DNA of 64,000 bases from the human T2T-CHM13v2.0 reference genome, Homo sapiens. Both the position numbers and the translations under genes were made by a program. Below, in pieces: positions 1 to 25,860 of the stretch (positions are counted from its first letter, which is position 1; each line of letters starts with the position of its first letter). Location: the NCBI RefSeq assembly GCF_009914755.1, contig NC_060930.1; one strand, written 5' to 3'. Under the pieces are notes generated by a model, which worked only from the letters and a program-made list of their open reading frames with translations, made no database searches and was not told where the DNA came from.

Positions 1-6474
<6,474 letters not shown>

Positions 6475-6629
6475 CAGAATTCTGGATCCGCCATGTTTTT
6501 ACAAACTGAGTATCCGGAGGTATTGACTCCCCTTCTCCTATGGTGACATCTTCAACAAAGGACATAGAGGGCACACTGATGTTTGGGCTCTCAAAGTCAT
6601 AATAGGCGCCAATTGCTGCTTGTAGGTTC
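6475..6629 (-). CDS. ILRUN: ILRUN coding exon 2 (end of UBA-like domain, start of NBR1-like FW domain)
   Basis: Polypyrimidine acceptor (ttttctctttttctatAG|G) and donor G|GTAAGT. 155 nt. Encodes (W)NLQAAIGAYYDFESPNISVPSMSFVEDVTIGEGESIPPDTQFVKTWRIQNS(G), and the phase matches exon 1 (TG+G=Trp). Confidence 0.97.
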
Positions 6630-7865
6630 CTATAGAAAAAGAGAAAAGGCAACAGACTTCAGTACTGTCCAGATATTATCCTAATTGTTAAACAAAAGGA
6701 AAAAGCCTGTTTCTTAGGGTTTGTCACAGAACCTGAGGCTCCTGGTATGCACGTCTTTAAAGCCTTCTATTCTGGCTGAGGAACAATAGGAAAAACACCA
6801 GGACCAACAAATTTGTGTATCACTTTCTTCCCACACAGAAAGTAACAAACATTAGTACCATCAGCAACAGTATGAGGAAATCTCCCTTATTACCCACAGG
6901 AAAACAAGAATGGGTAAAGAAATCAATTAAAAGAGAGTTCTATAACTACGGCATTCAAAGAAGCACTACTTTTTATTTTGTATTATTATTATTTGTTAAT
7001 ATTAAAAAAAAGAGAGAGAGACAGCCATGTTGCCCAGGCTAGTCTTGAACTCCTGAGCTCAAGTGATCCATCCATCTCAGCCTCCCAAAGTGCTAGGATT
7101 ATAGGCATGAGCCACTGAGCCCAGCCAGAAGCTTCACTTTTTAAAATAAAGTTAATATGTGCACATAATACAGAAAATCATGTTCTCTTTTTTCCTCAAC
7201 ATACACACACAGATATAACTGTTCATATTACTTTCTTAAATATCCTTCCAGAACTTTCTTATACACATTCAAGCAAACATAATATACAATCTTATTTTCC
7301 CCCTTTTTTATACAAATGGTAGCATAATATACAATGCCCTTTGCTTTATTCTCTTAATACTGTATCTTGAAAACATCTCTGTTAGTACATAAAGAGCATC
7401 CTCATTGTTTTTTACAGCTGTAACCACTATACAGATGGATCATCATTTAACCAGTGGACTTTTGAGTTTGTTTCCAGTCATTAACTCTTCCACAAATAAG
7501 CTTAAGCACACAGTTTTGTATACATGCAAGTGTATACAATCTGTGAGATAAATTCCTATTAAGTGATACTGCTGTGCCAGAGTTTGTGGTTTTAATAAAT
7601 ATATCCAAACTTCCCTCAATAAAAGTTGTACGCTAATGGTCCCACCAAGAATATAAGAGTACGCCTATTTTCCCCACTTGCTCATCAGTGGTGTTTCTCT
7701 AACATTTTGGATTTCTCCCATCTAATAGGTTAAAAAAAATATATCTCAGTGAGATCTTGAGAGGCTGAGTATCTTTTTACAGGTTTAAGAGCCATTTGTA
7801 AAGGCTGGGCTCAGTGGCTCACGCCTGTAATCCCAGTACTTTGGGAGGCCGAGGTGGGCAGATCA

Positions 7866-8169
<304 letters not shown>

Positions 8170-10674
8170 TCACAAATCCCCTTTCATCAGAAGGAACTAC
8201 GAAGCACCTAAGCCAGAGTTCCCAACTGAGCAGAAGCGCGTGATTGTCAGCTTGGTTATCAGTGCCAGAAACCAAGGGCCACTAAAGGGTTTCAGTAAGC
8301 TGCGTTCATTACAGAGATCAAGGAAATTGTTGGTAATTACATTAACTGCTTCTCTTCTGGTCTTACTCAAACCAGTGACATCATCTCCACTTCCCACGCT
8401 ATGTAACAATCCAAACTGCATGTTTCTAAACATAATCCAACCATAAACCAACGAATCCACTGAGCTGTTTTTAATTATACATAAACATAGCATGAAACAA
8501 GCTCTGACAGTACACAACTGATCAACAGAAATGCTAATAACAGCAAATAATTTTCTGTTGGGGGCCTGCCTGCTCCTCCAGGTGCTTGCAGCTGCCAGAA
8601 AGGAAGGCTATAATTAGAGCAGGTACCTGAGGTCAAGCCTCATGCAATGGTGGCCTGTCATATTAGTCAGTAATGACTGAAATTACAATACCAATGGCCT
8701 GCCTATGGTATATGTGCTTGATAATATTTACATAAAGAGAGCTGGGCTGGGGCCAAACTGCACCTGTTTGCTTGACTATTCAATACAAAGCTTGAACTTG
8801 AGTCTTCTCAGCAGTTTCCTGTCTAGCTGACAGTGATCTAAAGTGAAGGATGTTTGTGACTGGTCAAACTTGGGGAAATCCAGCCCCTACCATCCACAAA
8901 CAGGCTTAGAAGTATATCTGGAATTAGCATTACACTTAGGGATCAGGGAGAATATGGGAGAAAAATAAGCCTAGTTTGCAATTTGCTCTTTTGAAAACAT
9001 TTTGGAAAAGCTGTATGTCTACCGTTTTGAAAACAGAATTTTTTTGCAGCAGGTCTTCAGTAAGTAGCCTGCTGAATTGTTTTCTGTTCACTTGGCTGCA
9101 AAATATGTTTTGGAGGGAAGAAACTATTTGTGCACTCAGGACAATTGCCAATTCTCATCCCCAGCTTGTGTCATATTTCACCCTTTGGCTCTGCCATCAG
9201 GATAGGACTTTAAGACCACTGCAGTAGGAACACTAGTAAGTGGGAAAGTCAAGCTACCCAACTTAGGCAGATCCATTCCTATCTTCAAATCTCCTTTCAC
9301 ACCTTTCCAACTTATCCCACAGTCAAAGCTTATTTGTATGTGTATTATACAGGTAATTCAGCCAGAGAAAGATTAAGAAACATTTTTAAACCCCAAACTG
9401 AAACTGAAAGCAGCGAACTGGAATCCTGGCAGGAAGCTGGAGAGGATGACAAAGCAAATTCATTTCCCAAGTACAAGGCAGAAAGTGGACTTTAGCCCGA
9501 GTGATCTAACCCATCAAGCAGGTACACAGCTACAAATGTGGGGTACACAGCTTCTCAGAGTTCAGAGAATTTAAATTACTGGCCCACTAGGCTGAGCAAC
9601 AGCAGGCATAGACCAAACAGCTCCAATTCAGTGTCAGAAAGTAGACATGATAGCAGGTATTCCTGTTCAAAACAACATACTCAGCTATTATTAGCCAACA
9701 AGTAATTCTTCATGAAATGGAGCTGGCTAAGGTGATGGGAAAGGGAAAACATTGACCCAGCATTCAGTGCAGTCTGAAAGTTTAAACCTCCAGATTCCTT
9801 CAGTTTTTCTGCTCAAAAAAGTTTTAAATCTAATTTCAGATGGTTAAAAGTACCCTGAAGAACAAACAGAGGCAACGTTAACAGTGATAAAAAGCACAGA
9901 TTAAGATGGATGCTGGTGCTGGATGCTGTGACTCACGCCTGTAATCCCAACACTTTGGGAGGCAGAGGCAGGCAGATCACTTGAGGTCAGGAGTTTGAGA
10001 CCAGCCTGGCCAACGTGGTGAAACCTCGTCTCTACAAAAAATACAAAAATTAGCTGGGCATAGTGCATGCCTGTAATGAGCTACTTGGGAGGATGAGATA
10101 GGCGAATTGCTTGAACCCAGGAGGCGGAGGTTGCAATGAGCCAAAATTGTGCCACTGCACTCACTCTGACCTAGGCAACAAAGTGAGACTCTGTCTCAAA
10201 AAAAAAAAAAAAGATGGATGATGGTAATAGTTGCACACTGCCAATATAGTTAATGCCACAGAACTGTATACTTAAAATGGTTAAAATGGTAAATTTCATG
10301 TCATGCAGATTTTACCACAATGAAATAATTTTTCTTTTTCTTTTTCTTTTTTTTTTTTAAGAGTATGGTCTTTAGGCAGGACACAGTGGCTCACACCCAT
10401 AATCCCAGGACTTTGGGAGGCCGAGGCGGGCAGATCGCCTGAGGTCAGGAATTCGAGACCAGCCTGGCCAACATGGGGAAACCTTGTCTCTACTAAAAAT
10501 ACAAAACTTAGCTGGGCATGGTCGTGGGCGCCTGTAATCCCAGCTACTTGGGAGGCTGGGTCAGGAGAATTGCTTGAACCTCAGGAGGCAGAGTTTGCAG
10601 TGAGCTGAGATTGCGCCACTGCACTCCAGCCTGGGCAACAGGGCAAGACTCCATCTCAAGAAAAAAAAGACTGT

Positions 10675-11260
10675 GATCTTTAGAGTCAGCTCCAACTCTT
10701 GGCTGTGGGGTTTTGAACAAGCAGCTAAGCCTTTCCCCATCAGTTTTACTCATCTGCAAAACTGAGTTGATACTACCTATCTCATTATAATGTTGGCTGT
10801 GAAGATTGCAGAGGCAACGTATGCAAATGTCCTGGTTGGCAGTCATTCATTCAACAAATATTTAATGAACGAGCATTTACCCTTGTGCCAGGCACCTGGC
10901 CTGGAGCATTAGGGATACAGCAAATTGCAAGACAGGCATGGCCCTTGCCTTCAGTGTTTATACTCTATAGCTAACCAGGGACATTCAAACAAAGGTTAAC
11001 TCCAAATGCCTCTCGCACAGAGGCTATGGGCCCAAAGCAGCTTTTCCTGCTTAGGGTGAAAGATGGGCTTGGTACACAGCACAGTTTCAACTGCACAGAC
11101 AATGAAGTTAACCCGAACTGGAGAAGAATTTGGTAACACTGACATGTTTCCTGATAAAATACAACTCTGTCCAACCTTCATTTTATAGATGAGGCTACTG
11201 AGGCACTGACAGGCGAGGTTAATTTGCCCTAGGCTAGGCAATTATTAGAATTCAGAGCCA
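10675..11260. mobile_element. MIR and L2 fragments
   Basis: MIR core (cagttttactcatctgcaaaact; cattttatagatgagg) and L2 tail (cattcattcaacaaatattt). Confidence 0.7.
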
Positions 11261-11381
11261 CACCTATTCAAAAGTTTTAACCTACCCAGAATTTCCAATT
11301 ATATAACACTCTGAACATCTGATTTTCTTAACATACTAATTACCATTATGAATTCTATAAATGAATTGTAACCCCCATTAA

Positions 11382-11786
<405 letters not shown>

Positions 11787-13696
11787 TAGGAAGAAAAATC
11801 ATCTATATATTTATATGAGGCCAGAAACATCATTCAAAAATATGGCAGTAGAAAACAGTTAAGAAAACCAGGCCAGGTGTGGTGGCTCATGCCTATAATC
11901 CCAGCACCTTGGGAGGCGCAGAGGCAGGTGGATCACTTCAGCCCAGAAGTTTGAGACTAGCCTAGGTAACATGGCGAAACCTCATCCCTTCAAAAAAAAA
12001 AAAAAATCAGCCAGGCATGGTGGCATACACCTATAGTCCCAGCCACTCAGGGGGCTGAAGTGGGAGGATCACTTGATCCCAGGAGGGTGAGGCTGCGGTG
12101 AGCTGAGACTGCGCCACTGCACTCCAGCCTGGGCAACAGTGAGACCCTGTCAAAAAAATAAATAAATTTAAAAAATCAGAAATAGAGAAGGAATGCCATT
12201 AGCTCAGATTCTCAAGGAAAAAAAAAAAACTAGATACCTTTTCTTTCCATTCTCTGAACAAGTGAGAAACTCAAAAGAACACAAATTATTTATGAGAAAA
12301 AGAAAACTACCAACCTTATTTGGACACAAATTAAAATGGGAAACAGAATAATGAACCCATGTTATCAGGCATGAACAACAGCATCTTAGGGCTTCAAGAC
12401 ATTGTTATCCTGAACCACAAGGGGTTTTCCTCACCTGGGATACGCCAATAATATTGCTACTAAAGCCATGTACCACCAAGAATCAAGAAGACCTTACTAT
12501 CTCTGAATGACCAAAAAGGTAATTTGGCCGGAAAAAGGCTCAGCAAAATAGATGCTCTTAACCAGGGCCTTCCAACATCAATGTGAGAGGAATCTAACAT
12601 GGAATACCAAAAAGAGGGGCCAAACATTACATACTTGTAACTACTATGAATTTTAAAGCCTGGAAAGAAACTAAGACTTTCATTGAAACAGAAAGATGAC
12701 CGCAAATAGGGAATTCAAGTTGGGCTAAAGGCAACGGTCAATACTGTCAACCTAAAAATGTACTCGCAGATACTCTTTAATATGTGAAGACAACTAGTAA
12801 AAAGAATTTGTGGAAAATTACATTCAGAGGAGGGACAAAGTTAATATCAACATTTTACCCACTTCTTAGAGCCCTATGGCATCTAAAATTGTTTCTCCTC
12901 TCTTCGTTTCCTGGCTATTTATTGATCCATTAATTTTATTACTTTTAAGAACTGGTCCTTCTGTCTTCAGCAGCTATACCATTTTCCAAGTAGAAAATAA
13001 AAAATAAGTACTCTGCCACAAAAAAGAAAGGAAGTGGTGGCATTGTTTTATTATTGTATTAGGTAATAGTACATAGTTATGTATGAGAATATCCTTGTTT
13101 TTAAAAAATACATGCAGAAACATTTAAAGATCAAGGGTCATAAAATGTCTACAACTTTCAAATGATTTTTTAAAAATCTTACATAAAGAAAGCAAATATG
13201 GCAAAAATGTTAACCATTGTGGAATCTAGGTGGTAGGCACAAGGCTATACACTCTACAATTCTTTAAAATGTTCTGTAAGGGCTGGGCACGGTGGCTCAT
13301 GGAGGTGGGGGTACTGAGAAATTTGGAACTGGAACTAAGAAAGTTTCTCTCATAGTATCTGGTCTATAAACTACACATTTGAGAGCTCTGGACAGTCATG
13401 GCTCTCTTCAACAGAGATAAAAGACCACTGCAAACATCTAGATAAAACACACAGAGAAAGAAACCTAAAGGTATTTCAAGTCCTTGAGTCTAGTTGTTCC
13501 TGAAGCACAAACATATTTCTGTCTTTGGGTTCTGTGTAACATAAAAATATCCTTAAAGAAACCCTTTTATCATTATCTAGTTTGAAGTAAGTTTGTTACT
13601 TTCAACATAATAGGTCCAAATTAGTTCAATATTGTATAATGGCTTCTAGGGAGAGTTTGAATGGAAGGTACAAAGCCAATTAAAAGACATAGAAGA

Positions 13697-14224
<528 letters not shown>

Positions 14225-14225
14225 T

Positions 14226-14640
14226 CAGATCTAGCAATTCCACTTCTGGGTATCTAAGAGAACTGAAAGCAGTTCTAAAAAAGAATATGCGTGTTCAGAG
14301 CAGCATTATTCATAAGAGTCAAATGGTGAAAGCAACCCAAGTGTCCACTGACCAATGAACAAATAAACAATATATGATTTATACATGTAATGGGATATTA
14401 TTTAGCCTTAAAAAGGAAGAAAATTCTGAAAACACATAACATTACGGATGAACCTTGAGGATTTTATGCTAAGTGAAATAAGTCCGTCACAAAGGTCAAA
14501 TACTTACATGGAAAGTGGGTAGTTGTTTAATGAGTACATAGTTTCTGTTTTGCAAGATGAAAGAATCCTGGAGATTGTTTGCAAAATGACGTGAATATAC
14601 TTAACACGCTACGGAATAGTACACTTAAAAATCGGTAAGA
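14226..14640 (+). mobile_element. L1M 3'UTR fragment
   Basis: gatctagcaattccacttctgggtat..gcagcattattcataa..atggatgaaccttgagg-like motifs. Confidence 0.8.
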
Positions 14641-15186
14641 TGGGCCAGGCATGGTGGCTCACACCTGTAATCCCAGCACTTTGGGAGGCCAAGGCAGGAG
14701 GACTGCTTGAGCCCAAGACTGGTCCAGCCTGGGCAACATGGTGAGACCTTGTCTCTATAAAATTTAAAAGAAAATTAAAAATTAGCCAGGCTGGGACTAC
14801 ACAGGGTGGTGTGCACCTATAGTCACAGCTACTTGGGAGGCTGCAGTGGGAGGATCCCTTGAGCCCGGGAGTTCAAGGCTACAGTGAGCCCTAATGATGC
14901 CACCCTACACGAGCCTGGATGACAGAGTGAGATCCTGTCTCAAAAAAAAAGAGTTAAGATGGGAAATGTTAAGTACATTTCACCACTAAAGGACCATGAC
15001 GGCTCATGCCTGGAATCCCAGCACTCTGGGTGGCTGAGGCAAGAGGAGTACTTAATGCCAGGAGTTCAAGACCAGCCTGCGAAACAAAGTGAGACTCTGT
15101 CTCTACAAAAAAATTGAAAAATTATCTGGGTATAGTGGCGCGTGCCTATAGTCCCAGCTACTCAGAAGGCTGAAGTGGAAAGATCA

Positions 15187-15393
<207 letters not shown>

Positions 15394-15651
15394 TCACTAT
15401 GTTGCCCAGACTGGTTTTGAACTCCAAGCAATCCTCCTGCCTTGGCCTCCCAAAGTGCTGGGAATATAGGCATGAGCCACCCCGTCCAGCTAAGGTCTCT
15501 TTAAAAAGCAATTTTACCGAGGTATAATTTATGCAGCATAAAATCCACCCATTTCAATTGTACAATTCAATGATTTTTAGTAAATTTACAGAATTGTACA
15601 ACCATCACCATGTTTAGAATATCATGTTTCAGAACATTTTCATCATCCTAA

Positions 15652-16075
15652 TAATGTCCCGGTCCCTGGAACCTATGAATATGTTAAGTTATATCGCAAA
15701 GAGGAATTAAGGGTGTTAATCAGCTGACCTTAAAATAGGGAGATTATCCAGAATTATCCAGATGAAACCAATGCAATCACTTCCTTAAGAGTGGAAGAGG
15801 GAAGTTAAAGAGAGAACTGAGAAATAGCAGTGTAAGAACGACTCAGCTTTGAAGAAGGAGAAACAGGGCCGTGAGCTAAGGAATGCCTGTAGCCTCTGGA
15901 AGCAGGAAAAGGCAAGAAAAGATTCTTCAAAAGGAACAGAGTGTTGATGACGCCATGATTTTAGTGCAGAGACCATTTGAACTTGTGACCTCCAGAACTG
16001 CTAAAATTATAAATGTGTGCGTTTTTAAGTCACATAGTTTGTGGTAATGTATCACAGCACCAAAAACTAATATAA
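15652..16075 (+). mobile_element. MLT1-family (ERVL-MaLR) solo LTR
   Basis: ccctggaacctatgaatatgtt..aatcagctgaccttaaaatagggagattatcc..gacctccagaactg..tttgtggtaat. Confidence 0.8.
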
Positions 16076-17431
16076 TGGCTACACATTGTATTATTCTACT
16101 TTACTGTATATTTGAAAATGTTTATCATAACAAGAAAAAACTATGAATATGAAAGCAGAATAAAGACTGCAATGAAAATGGTGGGGTTTTGCGGGTTTTT
16201 TGGTGACAGGGTCTTGTTATGTTGCCCAGGCTGGTCTCAAACTCCTGGGTTCAAGGGTTCCTCTTGCCTCAGCCTCCTGAGTAGCTAGGATTACAGGAGC
16301 ATGCCACAGCACCGGGATCAAAATGGTGCTGTTTTTTTGCTGAGTCATTTCCTTCATAATAACTCTGCTTCCAAGAACTCAATTTGCCATCAAAGATACA
16401 TATTTAGAAATAACTCCCATTCTTGTTGCCCCCTGAATTAAACTGTCATGGATACTTCCCAAAATGGGAAACAATCACTAGGTTCAGTGTTAACTGTAAT
16501 TTTTGAAAATGCTGGACCACTGGCCCAGGAGAGACATGAAAATATATGATACCCAAAAAGTCCCAGAATGACAAACAAAATGTGACTGAGAAAAAGCTAT
16601 CTTTATAAACAAAATGTCTATGGTTTATCGTTGCTCATGAAACTTCAGGAAATGGTTTAAAATAGCAGTTACGAAATGATCAGATAAATCTATAATGAAG
16701 CATGCCTTTCAAAAGTTTGTTACCAAACAGGGAACTTACAATAAACCAGCAGCAGTCAAATGTATCTCATCCTGGTCAGAGAGCTGTTTTCTAAAAAATA
16801 CCAGCAATTTTTTGTTTTGTTTTGTTTTTTGAGAGAGACAGGGTCTTGTGCTGTCACCCAGGCTGGAGAGTGCAGTGGCATACTCACAGCTCACTGCGGG
16901 TTTGAACTCCTGGACTCAGGCAATCGTCCTGCCTCAACCTCCCAAGTAGGAGTACAGGTGCACACCACAACATCTGGCTCATCTTATCTTTTTTTTTTTT
17001 TGGTAGAGATGGGGGTCTCAAGCTAGGCATGGTAGCTCACCGCCTATAATCCCAGCACTCTGGGAGGCTGAGACAGGAGGATCACTGGAGCCCAGGAGTT
17101 CAAGACCAGCCTGGGCAACACAGGGAGACCCCTTTTCTACAAAAAAAAAAAAAAAAAAAAAAATTAGCCAGGCTTGGTGGCACACACCTGTAGTCCCAGC
17201 TACTCGGAAGGCCTGACCCCATGAGGTCAAGAATGCAGCAAGCTGTTATTGTACCACTGCACTCCACTGTGGGCGACAAGACGCTGTCTCAAAAAAAGAG
17301 ACAGAGAGAGAAGGAGAGATATGGGGGTCTCATTATGTTGCCCACACAGGTCTCAAACGCTGGGCCTCAAGTAATCCTCCCACCTCAGCCTCCCAAAGTG
17401 TTGGGATTATAGTAGGCGTGAGCCACCATGA

Positions 17432-17620
<189 letters not shown>

Positions 17621-18119
17621 TGAACCAACATTCCATCCTCTTGTTTCTGCATACAGTGAAAAATGCATAGGCTTTAAGAAGAAATGCCACACTTTTGCAT
17701 ACACTTTTGATTAAAATACTTTACAATTGTCTAATAATTCTTGCCTTTGAGATTTCCTGACAGTGTGCTTCAAAGTACCTTCAGTTTCATCTATGCTTAA
17801 AAAAAAAAAAAAAAAATGCTGGCCATACCATCAACATACTTCACCCAGAAAAATGCACCCTAGGATATACATCTAAGAGAAAAATCTATAGCCCTATGCT
17901 ATCTTATTCTCTCTGCAAGAGCAAAAAGGTAAATAAACCTTAGCCAAATTCTAATATATGATGGGCAAAGACAATGTCATGTTACCTAATACTACCAAAG
18001 AATGCCACATGGCATTTAAACTCTGACCCCCAACTCTACTCATTCAGCTGCCAGTATCTCCAAGTACTCTGTGGACATATTTGGCTGCTTTCTGGTATAT
18101 AGGTACCTTTAAAAAGCTA

Positions 18120-18242
<123 letters not shown>

Positions 18243-18249
18243 CTACTTA

Positions 18250-18411
<162 letters not shown>

Positions 18412-19249
18412 TCAAAAAAAAGAAAAGCTATATACTTACAAATAGGGGGCTAAAACTAGATGGAACTTGGAAAAAGAATAAAAACAAATTTTATGATAAT
18501 TCACAGGCCTGAGAGTTAACAGTCCTCCTTTTCTTTTACAAACTAATGACAGTATAAATATGTGACATGTGAGAGAATGCTATCATTTTTAATAACTAAT
18601 CAGCACAAACAAGGGATACAACACTTAAAGAATATATCCTGTAAAAGTCCTGTTGTACTTGCAAACAATCTCACGTATTCTGTTAATGTTTTCATGTTCT
18701 GGGCAACCAACTCTTCAGATGATAACCAAGCAGGTTTGAGACAGCTCATCCAACTATGGCATTTCTTATGCATTCCAGAATAAAAGGACTTTTAAAAATA
18801 GCTTCTTTACATGACACTGCGTAATTATCACCAGTAAAATTAGTGGCCCTCCCCTCCATCAAAAAATCATAAAGCCACTCGAATATACATGAAAAAAAAC
18901 TATCCAATCTGGTTTACAAAGAAAAAGATACTAAAAACTGAGAGGAAAAAAAAATCTATCTATAGTTTATTCTGATTCTTCCTTGAAGAAAGTTTGGTCT
19001 CTCAAAGACAGAAAAGCAGCACACGTCCCCAAATAATGTAAACATAGTGAATGAAGGTGTTTATGTAGTTCAAGCTTTACAAAGTCAAGGAGATCTTTCT
19101 CAATACCCCCTTTTTTGGATCCTGTATGGCTGAAGGTAAGGCAAATACACTTAGGCTCACAATGTTAAACTAAAACATGACCTAAATTTGGCTTTATTCA
19201 CCATGAATTCCTTCCCTAATTTGATATGTTCTATTTAAAAATTAATATA

Positions 19250-22400
<3,151 letters not shown>

Positions 22401-23499
22401 ATTAAAAGATGAGGATAGGGCCAGGTGTGGTGGCTCACAAATGTAATCCCAGCACTTTGGAAGGCTGAGGCGGGCAGCTCACTTGAGGTCAGGAGTTCGA
22501 GACCAGCTTGGCCAACATGGTGAAACCCTGTCTCTACTAAAAAAAAAATACAAAACTTAGCCAGGTGTGGTGGCATGTGCCTGTAGTCCCAGCTACTCAG
22601 GAGGCTGAGGTGGTAGAATCACTTGAACCCGGGAGGCAGAGGTAGCAGTGAGCCACTGCACTCTATCCTGGGTGACAGAGTGAGACCCTGTCTCAAAAAA
22701 AAAAAAAAAAAAGAAAAGAAAAAAAAGGAGAAATGATATACACACCCCCTAAAACTAGTGCTTCTAATTGCAGATTACCTAAAAGAGGTAAAAGACACAG
22801 CACAACTCTTGAGATATTTAGGATTAAGTAACAGATGAGCACATTGATCCCTAAAGCCAACTTTCATCCAAGGATTTGATTAACTAGCAATTTTTTCTCT
22901 ACTCAAATAGTATTTTTCCAAATTATACAAGTAATGCATATTCAATATAGAAAAATTTATGAATTAAAGTGAAAGCACAGAGGCTGGGGTCCGGGCGTGT
23001 AATCCCACCACTTTGGGAGGCTGAGGCGGGCAGATCACTTAAGCCCAGGAGTTCAAGACCAGCCTGGGCAACAAAAAATACACAAAGTAGCCAGGTGTGG
23101 TGGCATGCGCCTATAGTCCCAGCTACTCAGGAGGCTGACGCGGGGGTATCAACTGAGTCTGGGAGGTTGAGGTTGCAGTGAGCCATGATCGCGCCGCTGC
23201 GCTCAAGCCTGGGTGAGGATCAAGACCCTGTCCCAAAAAAAGCAAAAATAAAGTAAAAGCACAAAGAAACTGAAAAATAACTAATCCCATCAACCAGAGA
23301 TAACCATCTACAGTTTGTTCTTTAGCCTTTCATTCTATTTGGAGAAAGAAAGTTATCTGTATAATATATGTGGCAATAACAGTTAGAACTTAATGGATCA
23401 TTCAACTGGCATACCAAAATGTTACATCATATCCAAAAAACCATATAAATCCTAAGAATGAAAGGCAGAATAAAAACTTTTAGATGCAAATCCAGTACT

Positions 23500-25677
23500 T
23501 CCTTTTTAGTTTCCAGTTAAAGACTGAAGGCTGAATGCATGCATTAGCCTCAGCTCCCTTCCTAAGCCCTCCTAAAATACAGGGATGGGGGAAAAAGGCG
23601 TGAATTCACTAGGACAAAATGAACAAGTGAGGCAACTTAATTAAGGGAACTGGGAAGTAGACAAGTGGAAAATGTCTTAGCCAACCTGAAAAAGTTGAAT
23701 CTTCCTTAGCCAGCAGTGGGAAAAGTAGAGCAGCAACCTGGTTAACAATGAGTAGCCCAAAACAGTTCAGGAATAAACACATGTACAAAAACAGGAGAGG
23801 TTACACATCTGCTTAACCCACTAGTTAGGCCTCATATCCCCTAATGTAGTCACAACACTGCATAGCCCAGGGACTGCCCCACCCTGGAGGAAATGGGTGG
23901 GGCTGTTAAGCCCACAGTTACACCCTATAGTCATAGTCATGCCCATAGCTTCCACCCCCTTTTTTTTTTTGAGATGGAGTCTCGCTCTGTCGTTCAGGCT
24001 GGAGTGCAGTGGCACAATCTCAGCTCATTTCAAACTTTGCCTCCCGGGTTCTCCTGCCTCAGCCTCCCGAGAACCTGGAACTACAGGTGTGCACCACCAC
24101 ACATGGCTAATTTTTGTAATTTTAGTAGAGATGGGGGTTTCGCCACATTGCCCAGGCTGGTCTCGAATTCCTGACCTCAAGTGATCCACTCACCTCTCAA
24201 AGTGCTGAGATTACAGGTGTGAGCCACTGTGCCCAACCCAAATCCTCTTTTTGTGTTCCACTCTTAAATAGGAGTACGTAGTGGGCCGGGTGTGGTGGCT
24301 CACCTCTAATCCCAGCATTTTGGGAGGCTGAGGTGGGAGGATCTCATGAGCCCAGGAGTTCAAGACCAGTCTGGGCAACAAAGAGAAAACCTGTCTCTTT
24401 AAAAAAAATTTTTTTTAAATAGGTGTATATAGTCAAGAACCACAATATATTTATGGTAAAGCATCAAATATGAAATAAACAAAACTAAAGTAATAAAAAA
24501 ATGCAACTTGAAGGAAACAAAGCTGAGATCACCCAGAAAACAAAGCAAACATTTTGTCAAAAGGTAAAAAGAAAACATAATTACAGAACCAGACCAGAAA
24601 GTCCAATATCTGAAAAACAGGAGCTCCAATAAAGGAGAACAGAGAAAAGGAAGGAGAGGAAATTAAAGGATCAATTCAAGAAATTTTCCGATAACAAGAG
24701 AAGGGAGTTTCCAGACTGAAAGGGCTCACCAAAGCTGAACAAAATATAAGAAAATGAACGCTGAAATGCATAACCGTCAAATTTCAGGGCACTAGGGACA
24801 CAGCAAAGTTACCAAAAGTTTTCAGAGAGGGAAGAAAACAGGATTCATTCAAAGAACAAAGAATCAGAATATTTCAACATTACCGCTGAAAACACAAGAC
24901 AAAGGATCAGTGCCTTCAAAATTCTGAGAAAAATATTCTCAACCTTAAAAAACTGCTCCCCAGCAAAATCTGGGATATCAGCTAAGTATCAAGGTAAGAA
25001 AAATTTCAGAATGCAAAAGTTTCAAATTTTATCTCTCTTGCACTTTCAGGAAGCTTAAAAAAAATTGGGTCCAGGAAACAGAGGTTCCAACAAAGAAAGG
25101 CTAAAAGAAACCCCAGGGGTGAGATCTGTGCAGACCTAGAGCTCACCCAGTCCAGATCAGGGTAGGTCCAACGTTCTAGAAAAGAATTCTTCAAAAAGAT
25201 AAAACTGACAGAACACCTACAGTGTCATAACCTACTACTGAGAATAAATTTTACATATATAGTTAGTAAGGAGTTTGAGGATAGTAAAAAAAAAGACTGA
25301 ACAAACCAAAAATCAAGACAATTATCACCCTCAGGGCAGCAAAATATTGTGCTGAGAAAGAAAAGTAATCCAAGCACACAAATGGCTCAAGTGTTGATAA
25401 ACATTTAAACATTATAATGAGATAAACAGTAAGATTGGTGACACATGCCTGTAATGCCAGCACTTTGGGAGGCCAAGGCAAAAGGATCGCTTGAGCTCAG
25501 GAGTTCAAAACTAGCCTGGGCAACACAGTGCAACACTGAGTGTGGTGGCACATGCCTGTAGTTCCAGGTACTAGAGTGGCTGAGGAGGATCACCTGTGCG
25601 CAGGAGGTCAAGGCTGCAGTGAGCTGTGATCATGCCGCTGGGTGACAGAGAGATCCTGTCTCAAAAACAGTAACAAC

Positions 25678-25715
<38 letters not shown>

Positions 25716-25751
25716 GTGACAGAGAGATCCTGTCTCAAAAACAGTAACAAC

Positions 25752-25794
<43 letters not shown>

Positions 25795-25860
25795 AAACTG
25801 ATTTAGCCAAATTACAAATAACTAAAATGGGAGAACAGGAAATGGGGTGAGTGAAACAAA
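23500..25860 (+). mobile_element. Ancient L1 ORF1 / HAL1-like fragment
   Basis: A-rich degenerate ORF1-like motifs (ttccagactgaaagggctcacc, agaatcagaat, gccttcaaaattctgag). Confidence 0.55.
25637..25792 (+). repeat. Tandem duplication of an Alu 3' end plus (CA)n
   Basis: gctgggtgacagagagatcctgtctcaaaaacagtaacaaccacata(CA)n occurs twice, at 25637-25710 and 25711-25792. Confidence 0.95.
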
